Shown in pieces: positions 1-33,600 of a stretch of DNA of 64,000 nt (position 1 is the first letter of the stretch; each line of letters starts with the position of its first letter). The notes beneath the pieces are model-generated. The model made no database searches and was not told the DNA's origin. It worked only from the letters and a program-made list of their open reading frames with translations. The position numbers and the translations under genes were made by a program. The stretch lies in contig NW_027362112.1 of the NCBI RefSeq assembly GCF_039654945.1, forward strand, positions 1,736,001 through 1,800,000. Reading direction: 5' to 3'. This DNA comes from Dendrobates tinctorius. Lineage: Eukaryota.

Positions 1-56
1 CGTCGCCCCCCCTCACACACACAAAGCGGAGCGCTCATGCCAGGGCTGACACTTAC

Positions 57-2015
57 TGGTTCCCAAACTCTGAAGCCACAAAAAGGAAGCCGGTCTTCAG
101 GACGCACATCGCTGACGCCACTGGAACGGTGTCAAAGTATTTCAGCCGGATTTCTGTGACCTGAGGGAGAAGGTGCAGAGGGTGAGGAGACGGCGTCACA
201 CCCTGCCCCGCGGAGGCCTCCCATCGCTGGCACCGCCCTCACCATGTCCTCGTCTGTCTCCAGCGTGATCTTAAAGATGTCTCCCTGCTCCGTCTGCGCC
301 AGGAAGAAGAACATGGATTTGGTTTTGTGCGTGGCGGAGCAGACGAAGATCATCCCTCGCTCGGGGTCGTCCAGGTCGTTCTGCGCAGAGACAAGGAAGT
401 GTCAGGAGGGTTTACAGCAAGAAAGCAGCGATGATCCCCGAGGGCCGGCACAATCAGGGACTTCACTTCCTCTCCAGAATAGGGTCAGAGAAGAGACATG
501 AGAATTCATCATTAATGGCTGCCAAGAAAGCCGGCGGCACGGCCGACACTCACCCTCCTCCTCGGGATGGGACAGCGGATGTCCGGCTGATCACCAAAGT
601 TCTTGTATGTGATGTAGTTTTCAGAGCAGATCAGCACGCCGCTGGGGCCGTCCGAGCCGCCAGGAACTGCAAGGAAGAGACGTGAGGAGGTGTCAAAGAT
701 GCGGAAGCTGCCGCACCCAGTGATCATCAGCAACCACATCCCCGGAGGGGCGCTGGACCACCGCACATGCCGTGATTGGACACCGTGGCCTCACCTGTGA
801 TGAGGAAGTTGCCATGCTCCTCCAGCGGCTCGCTGTACTTCCGCACCACGTGATTCAGACCCAGATCCAGCTCGTAGAAGGTCAGTGTCTGCTGGGTGTT
901 GGCGGCCGCTTCCCCCGTAGGGTCATTATCGGCCTCCTACAAAGAAACCAAATCCAGTCTAGTGCAAAGAACCAAATCCTGGCCCACGGTGCAACGGCCC
1001 AAGGAAGCTCAGCATCAGCAACACCACTCTCTCCAGCAGAGTCAGAGAAGAGACATGAGGACTCATCACACAGAGCGCAGAGCAGGAGCACAACCCCCAG
1101 CAGCCATCTCACCTCATAGTCCATCTCCAGGCAGGCAAACATGGGGTTCTCAAAGCCGACGTCCACCCCCACCACGTGGTACACCAGGGTGTTGGCCTTG
1201 TGAGCCTCCAGCGGGGAGGAGATGGTAAGCCGAGCAGCGGCGTCTCTGTTCAGGATGTAAACCAGCTTCTGCTTCTCTATGGCACCTGAAAATGGAGACA
1301 GAGGTGAGGAGCGGGCCTCCTCAGACACCCCAACACCATCACAGTACAGTCACATGGGAGAGACACCACCAGTCACGGCGGACCTGCTGCATAACGACGA
1401 GAGCCCAGCCTGAATAAAGGGGTCCTCAAAACGCTCCCGGCTAGGGCGGAGACCCCCGGGGAACAACTCACTTATCATCACAGCTCTGCCCTTGGGGTCC
1501 ACTGCCAAGAACTGCCCGGGCACAATCCTGCGGCAGCCACTCTTCCCGAACGTCTCCTGGTGGATCTTCTCAAACATGTTCTTGGAAGGGTGGTACTCCA
1601 GGATGATGATGCGGCCGGAGTCGCTGCCCACCACTATGTAATCCTTGGTGCCGCCGGTCAGACGGAAAGCCATGAGCGAGCGGATGACTCCGAACACCTC
1701 CACCGTCAGCAGCGTGTGCACCTTGCCCGTGTTGGCATCAGGGCGCAGCAGCTCCAGGATCTTCCCCCGGGAAACAACGATCTCCTGGAGTTTAGTTCCT
1801 GGACACAAGAGAACAGAAGATGAGAAACTGAAGGGGGCCGCAGAGTGAGGAATCCCCAGAGGGGCCGGCACTACTACACCAGCCTCAGGAACGTCTCAAG
1901 AGGACGGAGCCGATCACTGGGACACACGGCGGCCGGGAACCGTACCTGAAAAGTTCCCATGGATGGCGAAGCTGATGCCGGTGGCTCTCTGCAGGGTCAG
2001 GTTATAAAGGAACAT
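57..2015 (-). CDS. SF3B3: Splicing factor 3B subunit 3, 5' part (coding exons 2-8; gene continues beyond window start)
   Basis: Exons 1946-2015 (ATG at 2015, [24 protein letters not shown]), 1472-1798, 1113-1285, 795-936, 554-666, 243-380, 57-160. All GT-AG with continuous frame. Peptides such as [34 protein letters not shown] and [32 protein letters not shown] are SF3B3/Rse1. Confidence 0.97.
449..517 (-). ncRNA. SNORD111: C/D box snoRNA, SNORD111 family, copy in SF3B3 intron 6
   Basis: Minus strand: C box ATGATGA (506-512), guide TCATGTCTCTTCT followed by D' CTGA (485-488), D box CTGA (454-457) about 73 nt upstream of the 3' splice site. The guide is complementary to 28S rRNA GAAGAGACATGAG. 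SF3B3 is the known SNORD111/111B host. Confidence 0.88.
1004..1075 (-). ncRNA. SNORD111: C/D box snoRNA, SNORD111 family, copy in SF3B3 intron 4
   Basis: C box GTGATGA (1063-1069), same CTCATGTCTCTTCTCTGAC guide/D' block, D box CTGA (1009-1012), short terminal stem GCTC/GAGC, about 72 nt from the acceptor. Confidence 0.88.
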
Positions 2016-2124
2016 GGCGGCAGCGGCTCCAGATCAGTGGTGAGAACAGGCGAGCTGGAAGACAGGAAGAAGCATGTCAACTGGCGGCACCAGGTAATGT
2101 CACCGCGTGGCCACACAAGCAACT

Positions 2125-2196
2125 CCCACTGCTCAGAGGTCAGCCGTCTCCAGCAAGCATGTCAGAGAAGAGACATGAGGACTCATCATGGAGGGA
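2125..2196 (-). ncRNA. SNORD111: C/D box snoRNA, SNORD111 family, copy in SF3B3 intron 1
   Basis: C box ATGATGA (2183-2189), same guide/D' block, D box CTGA (2133-2136), flanking CTCCC/GGGAG stem, about 78 nt from the exon-2 acceptor (2055). Confidence 0.86.
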
Positions 2197-2197
2197 G

Positions 2198-4155
2198 AGT
2201 GCGCGCGCGGGGCCCGAGAGAGAGGGGGAGGCGGAGAGCGCGCGGGGCCCGAGAGGGGGGGGGAGGCGGAGAGAGGGGGGGGAGGCGGAGAGAGGGGGGG
2301 GGGACGGAGAGCGCGCGCGGGGCCCAAGAGAGGGAGGGAGGCGGAGAGCGCGCGCGGGGGGGGGGGGAGCGGAGAGCGCGCGGAGCCCGAGAGAGGGAGG
2401 GGGGAAGCGGAGAGCGCGCGCGGGGCGTAAGCGGGGAGTGAGCACGGCCCGGTAGACTAGGGGGGGGGGAGAGCACGGCCCGGTAGACTGGGGGGGGGGA
2501 GGAGCGCACGGCCCGGTAGACTAGGGGGGGGGGAGCGCACGGCCCGGTAGACTAGGGGGGGGGGGGAGCGCACGGCCCGGTAGACTAGGGGGGGAGCGCA
2601 CGGCCCGGTAGACTAGGGGGGGGGGGGGGGGAGCGCACGGCCCGGTAGACTAGGGGGGGGGGGGGAGCGCACGGCCCGGTAGACTAGGGGGGGGGGGAAG
2701 CGCACGGCCCGGTAGACTAGGGGGGGGGGGGGGAAGCGCACGGCCCGGTAGACTAGGGGGGGGGGGGGGGAGCGCACGGCCCGGTAGACTGGAGGGGGGG
2801 GGGTGAGCGCACGGCCCGGTAGACTGGGGGGGGGGGGGGGTGAGCGCACGGCCCGGTAGACTGGGGGGGGGGTGAGCGCACGGCCCGGTAGACTGGGGGG
2901 GGTGGGGGAAGCGCACGGCCCGGTAGATTGGAGGGAGGGGGGTGAGCGCACGGCCCGGTAGACTGGGGGGGGGGTGAGCGCACGGCCCGGTAGACTGGGG
3001 GGGGTGGGGGAAGCGCACGGCCCGGTAGATTGGAGGGAGGGGGGTGAGCGCACGGCCCGGTAGACTGGGGGGGGGGTGAGCGCACGGCCCGGTAGACTGG
3101 GGGGGGGTGAGCGCACGGCCCGGTAGATTGGAGGGAGGGGGGTGAGCGCACGGCCCGGTAGACTGGGGGGGGGGGGGGGAGCGCACGGCCCGGTAGACTG
3201 GGGGGGGGGGGGGGAGCGCACGGCCCGGTAGACTGGGGTGGGGGGAGCGCACGGCCCGGTAGACTGGGGGGGTGGGGGGAGCGCACGGCCCGGTAGACTG
3301 GGGGGGCGTGGGGGAGCGCACGGCCCGGTAGACTGGGGGGGTGGGGGGAGCGCACGGCCCGGTAGACTGGGGGGGTGGGGGGAGCGCACGGCCCGGTAGA
3401 CTGGGGGGGTGGGGAGCGCACGGCCCGGTAGACTGGGGGGGGGAGCGCACGGCCCGGTAGACTGGGGGGGGGAGCGCACGGCCCGGTAGACTGGGGGGGG
3501 GGAGCGCACGGCCCGGTAGACTGGGGGGGGGAGCGCACGGCCCGGTAGACTGGGGGGGGGAGCGCACGGCCCGGTAGACTGGGGGGGGGGAGCGCACGGC
3601 CCGGTAGACTGGGGGGGGGAGCGCACGGCCCGGTAGACTGGGGGGGGGAGCGCACGGCCCGGTAGACTGGGGGGGGGAGCGCACGGCCCGGTAGACTGGG
3701 GGGGGGGAGCGCACGGCCCGGTAGACTGGGGGGGGGAGCGCACGGCCCGGTGGACTGGGGGGGGGAGCGCACGGCCCGGTAGACTGGGGGGGGGAGCGCA
3801 CGGCCCGGTAGACTGGGGGGGGGAGCGCACGGCCCGGTAGACTGGGGGGGGGGAGCGCACGGCCCGGTAGACTGGGGGGGGGGAGCGCACGGCCCGGTAG
3901 ACTGGGGGGGGGGAGCGCACGGCCCGGTAGACTGGGGGGGGGGAGCGCACGGCCCGGTAGACTGGGGGGGGGAGCGCACGGCCCGGTAGACTGGGGGGGG
4001 GGGGTGAGCGCACGGCCCGGTGGACTGGGGGGGGGAGCGCACGGCCCGGTGGACTGGGGGGGGGGGAGCGCACGGCCCGGTGGACTGGGGGGGGGGGAGC
4101 GCACGGCCCGGTAGACTGGGGGGGGGGGGTGAGCGCACGGCCCGGTAGATTGGGG
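2198..4155. repeat. G-rich minisatellite GAGCGCACGGCCCGGTAGACT(G)n (~30-bp unit), preceded by a degenerate GA/GC-rich repeat (2198-2440)
   Basis: Directly visible tandem units with variable G-run length in SF3B3 intron 1. Confidence 0.95.
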
Positions 4156-4469
4156 AGGTTATTCGGTACCCGAGTCTTCTCTGCTCTCGCTCCTCACGGT
4201 CCCGTTATCCCCCGGCCTCCTGACCCCTCGCTCCCCCCGGCCTTTCCTCACCGGTGTCGGGCCGCGGCTCGGGCGGATGGCGGAGATTCCGGGCGGATTG
4301 CGGGCGGGGATCACTCTGCCGCCATTCCGCGCCGCGCACACTGCGGAGGCCGCCACACAGCTGCCTGTGGTGGTGGTGGTGCTGCTGCTGCCGCCGTCAC
4401 CCCAGTAGTTCCGGCCGCACCTCTCTATGCTCGGTCCACCCGTATGGCCAGTGCTCACCGCGCACTCAC

Positions 4470-4520
4470 CCGCCGCCCGCTCCGGTCACCGGCACCACGA
4501 GGACAGCCCTCGCTGCAGGA
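4470..4520 (-). other. SF3B3: Probable non-coding exon 1 of SF3B3
   Basis: Minus-strand donor CGG|GTGAGT with the exon ending at 4470, next to the shared promoter. Exon 2 has a 5' UTR and acceptor at 2054/2055. The TSS position is approximate. Confidence 0.6.
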
Positions 4521-4571
4521 CACCGGAAGTGACGTCAGGCGCGAGAGCCGGAAGTGACGCGTCCCGCCAAT

Positions 4572-4582
<11 letters not shown>
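4520..4582. promoter_or_regulatory. Bidirectional SF3B3/COG4 CpG-island promoter with tandem ETS-CRE motifs and a YY1-like site
   Basis: CCGGAAGTGACGTCA (4523-4537) and CCGGAAGTGACGC (4548-4560). GCCAATATGGCTGCC (YY1-like) overlaps the COG4 ATG at 4572. The two genes are head-to-head. Confidence 0.8.
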
Positions 4583-27197
<22,615 letters not shown>

Positions 27198-27316
27198 CGT
27201 TGAACTTGTGTATGGCCTGTGCGGAGCATCCTCATGGTCAGGCATGGTAGACTGGAGGCGCGTAAATGTCAGGGGGACACATGGTGATGGCACTTTATAA
27301 CACAAATTCTGGGACA

Positions 27317-27322
27317 TTTATT
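27317..27322 (-). terminator. Putative FCSK polyadenylation signal
   Basis: TTTATT on + (AATAAA on -), the first such hexamer seen downstream of the FCSK stop at 27613. Confidence 0.6.
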
Positions 27323-27450
27323 GATTAGGTAAGAAAATATAATCTACAGGACAGGTCTAAAAAGAGCTGAGGAGGAATCAGCAGCCCCCACCAGGGTAAC
27401 GCTGCCCCTCAACTCCCTGCAGAGGGAGCAGCTTTCACCTTCATTGTCTC

Positions 27451-27456
27451 AATAAA
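27451..27456 (+). terminator. Putative COG4 polyadenylation signal
   Basis: First AATAAA seen downstream of the COG4 stop at 27197. Confidence 0.65.
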
Positions 27457-27612
27457 TCTCTACAACATCCACGTGACTTGTCCCGTCAGTACATGGCGCC
27501 ATATCGGGTGACTAACGCAATGATTTCAGCTGGGCACAGGATCCGACCTGGGGCTGATGTGTCCCAGGACGATGCCCCACACTCCTCTGGGCCCCCGCTG
27601 CGCTCACATGCC

Positions 27613-30600
27613 TTAATCAGACTCCAGCCAGACCGTGACAGTCTCTGTGTCCACTTGTACCCTGTGGACGCTGCATCTCTCCAGGCCCTAGAAAACAGAA
27701 GAGGCGACCATGGCTATAAGCAGAGCTCAGGGCCAGATTTAGGGGTGACCCCAGAGGTATCTGCACACTCCAGCAGACAGACCACCTGCTCCCGCCCTGG
27801 TGGGGGACGCCTCGTACCTGAGTGCTCTCCAGCAAGTTCTGCAGGATGTCTCTCTGGTTTGGCCTTTTGGCCAGTATGTAGAGATAGCCGCCTCCACCTG
27901 CCCCTGCCAGGCTCTGCCCATGCACATGCGCCTCTAACGTGTCCATTATCCGCCGTACCGCCAGGGGCTCACAGCCGGGGGCCATGCACTTCTTCTGGCG
28001 CCAGTATGTGGAGAGACAGCATCCAAGCAGCTGCAAGTCCCCTGCAGACAGACAGATCCCGTGTTATTCTGCAGCCGCTGTATGTCAGTCATTATAAGGC
28101 CAGGGTCACACTAGCGTATGGCATTGGATGTGAGAGCATAGGATGCGATATGTATGACCCTCGACTCCTGCTCTGCTCCGATCGGGCGCAGAGTGTCATG
28201 CGACTGCTCCGAGCCTCTCGCACAGGGTCAGCGTATATCGCACAGCACTCGGATGATATCCGAGTGATGTGCGCTGTGTCACTCGCACCCATATAAGTCT
28301 AGCTGAGACTCGGCCGAATCTCGGTGCTAACTGCAACATGCTGCGATTTCTCCCTCACATAGAATATGGCCGAGGAAAGAAAACGGTGATGGGACCTGCC
28401 CCATAGATTAACAGTGGTCTGAGTGCTGTGCAGGTTTTATCGGATATCACTCGTCCGTACTCAACGCAAGTGTGACCCCGGCCTAAGCAGTATAATGGTT
28501 ATCCCCTGCTCTCACCTCTGCGGAAGGACTCTGCACAGAGCTCGGCCGTGGTCACCAGGGCGTCCACGTTCTGCAGAATGGCAGGGAGGCGAGCGTACCA
28601 ATTGCGGAGCACATCCTGAGGGGGACACAGATCTCACTTCCCACCCATCACCGCTGCCCCTGACAGGCGAGTGGCACAGACACGAGAATCGCTCACCTGC
28701 AGCAGGTTGCGGGCCAGACGCGTTTTTCCCGTATACACAAGCAGAAGATGTTGATTTATCGTCTCCAAAAACCCATCAGCTACCTGAATCCGCTCGACCT
28801 TTACATGGAGAGGAAGTTCTGGAGCTGAGCGGCCGATCTTCACTCCTGGAATCAATCCTCCAACCTGGTCCTGCCAGCCGCCACCTGACGGCGAGGGCAC
28901 GAGGAAGGGGACGGCATTATCCTACACGAGCCACAAATCCGGGGTACACATGCACAACGGCGGACGTACCTGTGGTGAGCACCTGCTCCAGATGGAGAAC
29001 AGCATGGATCAGGGATTCTGCATCCACCGACCGCCCAGAAGCCTCGTACAGCACGGCCATTACTGCCCCGGCCAGGATGCTGCTCGTGCCTGCAGGAGAT
29101 GAGCGTTAACACTGCGGTGTCCTGCACACTTACAGCTTATAGGGTGGGCTCTGGGGATGTCTGAACCTGACAGGTGCGCTCTGCGGGGGTGGCTGCAACC
29201 TGACGGGAGTACAATGCGGGGGTGGCTGTGACTCCACAGGTGGGATCTGAAGGGACGGCTTCAGCTCGATGGGTGGGCTCTGCAGGGGCAGCTGTAGCCC
29301 CAAGGGTGGGCTTTGCGGGGGGCTGCATTCTACGAAGCCTGCACACCACGAGGGCGCTTCCTCGTGATATACACTACCGTTCAAAAGTTTAGGGTCACTT
29401 AGAAATTTCCTTATTTTTGATAGAAGTTTTTTCCAATGAAGCTAACATAAAAATGATTCAGAAACACACTCTATACATTGTGAATGTGGTAAATGACTAT
29501 TCTAGCTGCAAACGTCTGGTATATAAGGCAATATCTTCATAGCTGTATAGAGGCCCATTTCCATCAACCATCACTCCAGTGTTCTTATGGTACTTTGTGT
29601 TTGCTAACTGTGCAAGAAGGCTAATGGATGAATACCCTTGAAAACCCTTGTGCAAGTATGTTAGCACAGCTGAAAACAGTTTGGCTGATTACAGAAGCTG
29701 TAAATGTGACCTTCCTTTGAGCTAGTAGAGAATTTGGAGCATTACACTTGTTGGTTCCATTAAACTTTCAAAATGGCCAGAAAAAAAGAACTTTCATGTG
29801 AAACTCGACAGTCTATTCTTCTTCTTAGAAATGAAGGCTATTCCATGTGAGAAATTGCCAAGAAACTGAAGATTTCCTACAACGGCGTGTACGGCTTCCA
29901 TCAGAGGAGAGCACAAACAGGCTCTAACCAGAGTAGAAAGAGAAGTGGGAGGCCCCGCTGCACAACTGAGCAACAAGACAAGTACATTAGAGTCTGTAGT
30001 TTGAGAACTCGACGCCTCACAGGTCCTCAACTGGCAGCTTCATTAAATAGTACACTCAAAACGCCAGCGTCAATGTCTACAGTGAAGAGGCGACTCCGGG
30101 ATGCTGGCCTTCAGGGCAGAGTGGCAAAGAAAAAGTCATATCTGAGACTGGCTAATAAAAGGAAAAGATTAATATGGGCAAAAGAACACAGACATTGGAC
30201 AAAGGAAGATTGGAAAAAAAGTGTTATGGACAGACGAACCCAAGTTTTAGGTGTTTGGATCACACAGAACATTTGTGAGACACAGAACAACTGAAAAGAT
30301 GGAGTGGCCAGCGCAGTCACCAGATCTCAGCCCCACTGAGCTGCTGTGGGAGCAGCTTGACCCTATGGTGCAAAAAGTGCCCATCAAGCCAAACCGACAT
30401 GTGGGAGGGGCTTCTGGAAGCATGGGGTGAGATTTCTCCAGATTACCGCAGCAGATTAACTGCTAGAATGCCGAAGGTCTGCAATGCTGGAATTGCTGCA
30501 AAGGAGCATTCTGTGACGAAAGGAAAGTTTGAAGGAGAAAATTATTATTTCAAGTAAAAATCTTTTTTTCGAACCTTGTCAATGTCTGGACGAGATTTTA

Positions 30601-33600
30601 CATTCATTTGGCAACTCATCTGATTGATAAAAGTTTTCATGGGTGACCCCAAACTTTTGACTGGTAGTGTATCTCATACCCAGATGTCCTAAGAATTGCA
30701 GTGAAAGATCACTCTGAATAGTTCTCATTTACCCAGACCGGATCCGTGGGGGAGATCAGACCACGTCTGCAGCTCAAACCCGCCACGATAGCGCACAGCG
30801 AGTTGTTCAGACAAGGACTTGTCGCCTGTCAGCTCCACCGTCCTCGAGCAGATGAATGCGGCTTTCAGTAATGCTCCTTAGGAGACAGAGACAATATGGC
30901 GTCATATGACGACGAGGGCCGATGTCGGCACTGACAAGCGTCTGCTCCTGGTCACCTGGTGCCTGCGGCTGGCAGTAATCCTGTAGATCATCGAGGCTTC
31001 CGCAAGTCAGCTGCAGATGGATTTCCGCTCCTGCAGGGCCGCTCTTACTGTACAGACGCAGCACGGGCTCCGGTATCCGTCGAGCTCGGGCACCAATTGG
31101 CCTCTTACCATCCACCAGCACAGCCACATTGACCACCGCACCACCATGCTCATATGTGATGGGAGGAGTGTCGCTCCAGCCTCCTGCCAATAAGCGGCTG
31201 CCATGTCACAAGTGCCGCGCTATGTACGAGAAAGAGTACGGGGGCTGATAGCACTGAGTATGGGGGACACTCCTGTAACTTACCAGACATATCGATGCGC
31301 GCCGGACACTCTGCAGTCACCCACCGGCCCTGAGGCGGAAGCTCCTTATCAACAATAGATACAAACATGAAGGAAGACATCACCGCTCTGCGAATTAGGA
31401 TCTGCTCTGCGCCTTCATAATGTCGGGCAGCGCGGATCAGCAGCGCAGGTCTGGAGGGGGAATCGAGAAAGGCAGGAGTGTCAGGGCCGAGCCTGAGGGC
31501 AAGACGGGGCCGAACCCAAGAATATCTTTGGTGTTTTGCTTTTTCCTCACACCACGGTAATGCACCTTCATAACAAGGTCACCTTTGCAGCCACCGCTCC
31601 CGCTCTTCAGCCAGCAGCTTCACACCTTGCGTCACGTTGCCTTCTTCCAGCAGCCGGTAGGCAGGAGCCCAGGCCTTGTTAGCTGCTGGCCCGCTCCTAA
31701 GTCCTCCTTCCCTGCCAGCCATACAGCCCAGGAGGTCGGCCACACATGCGAGAGTCCGTGCTGCAACCCCAGCGTCATCAGTCGTGGCAGCCACTGTGTA
31801 ACAACAAGAAACCTGATTATTCTGGTGGCACGGTACGCAGTTGTACCAAGCTGGTCAGGTGGCTCGGCGCGCAGTTGCACCCAGCTGGTCTGGCGCGCAG
31901 TTGCAGCGGCTGGCCTAGCGGCCCCGACGCTCAGATACACCGGCTAGCCTAGCGGCCCGGCGTGCAGTTGCTCCCTTACATGGTATGTGTTACTAGGGAT
32001 CTCTGACTGCTTGGATCTCATCTGATGAATTTTATGGGTGGACGTGGTCACGCTCTGCCAATTTTGGAGGAGCTGATACAAACTGGTGTGAAAACTACCT
32101 ATTGTGCAACAATTTTGTGACTTTTAACATTTATTATGGAAGTTTTTGCCGAAAAAACTTTGGTAAATGATGTCAGGACTCGAACCCCGCGACCCCTGTG
32201 CACCAGGCAGAAGCTCTAATGCTATTTAGATTGTGAGCCCCATCGGGGACAGCGATGATGATGTGTGCAACCTGTAAAGCGCTGCGGAATACGTTAGCGC
32301 TATATAAAAATAAAGATTATTGAGCTATTCAGACAGTTCCCTGCTAATCCAGATTCCTATACCGGTGTCTTTTCCTGGGAGGTTCGGCCCTACGGTGGTC
32401 CTGTTTGACCACCATATATAAACCTGGCCTGGCACTTCCCTCCTGACGAGGTTACTCGCCTCTCATCTGGCTCTCTCACCCGCTGCCCTCCATTACCATA
32501 CCACCATTCCCAGACTCTGCTGTCCCTAGTGGTTGAAGTTGTAAAAACTCCAATTCAGATCAGATTATAACAAACCAGCGGCACAATGCATTCCTCTCCT
32601 CTGTACCGTGGGGCTGGTGCAGTGATCTTACCAGTATCTAGGGTGTCTAGCAGCTGGAGGTGGGTGCCCTCCAGCACTGCCGCGCGGATGATGGGCATCA
32701 CACTCCTCTCCTCCCTGCCACAAAGAATGCTCTGCACCTTGTCCTGGGCCTGGCTGAAGAACAGCTCTCTGCGAGCCTGCAGCGTCCTATCCTGGTCACG
32801 ATGCTGCCGCATCTGCTGCCATGACATGCGCCAGGAGCTGCGCCACACCTGAAGTTGATGCTGCGTGCTTTGGTTCTTTGGACTGAGGAACCATAGGACA
32901 GCTCCCACCCCCAGGTTGTGAGAGGGGTGTAGGACCGGGAACAGGGGGGCAGATAACACGTTCCGTTCCTGGCTGCACCCATGGCCCCAGAGGTCGTTCA
33001 CGCTGCAAGAAACAGAGCAGACGCTCAGCGTACAAGAGAAGATGTCACTGATACCGCAAGCTGCGCCCACCACTCACCAGATCCCCGTGTTCTCAAAGAA
33101 GTCACTCCAGGGCATATTGAGAAACGTGGCCGATTCGCCCTCATCCAGGAGCTGGAGCACACAACATGCACAGAACATCACTATACAGCGCTTCCTACAC
33201 CTCCTCCCTCCAGCCGGCAAAGCACGTACCTCCAGCTGATCATCTGCGCCAAGGAGGCTGTACACCGTCAGTGGCAGGGACTGGACTCGGATGAAATGTG
33301 CTTGGAGAATAACGTCCTTCAGGTGATGGCCTTGAAGACCTAACGACGCCGAGTGGTCAATCCCAGTCAGGAGACACCCGCTGCCCACACACAGCGGACC
33401 CTGAGGACGGAAACATTCTCAAAAGGGTCTGAAGAAAGCGGGGTGAGGAGGTACCACAGGAGTGGCAGCGAGTAATACAGTCAAGATGACTGGAAGAGGG
33501 GCGGCGAGTGTCCACCACAAGAGGACGGGACGAGGGGCGGCGAGAGTCCGCCACAAGAGGACGGGACGAGGGGCGGCGAGAGTCCGCCACAAGAGGACGG

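Noticed and set aside
667-794. Fourth snoRNA in SF3B3 intron 5 (TGATGA on -)
   Set aside because: No downstream CTGA D box and no SNORD111 guide sequence.
32173-32220. tRNA gene
   Set aside because: A B box is present but the A-box half is displaced by an insertion and no complete cloverleaf is evident. Better explained as a SINE head.
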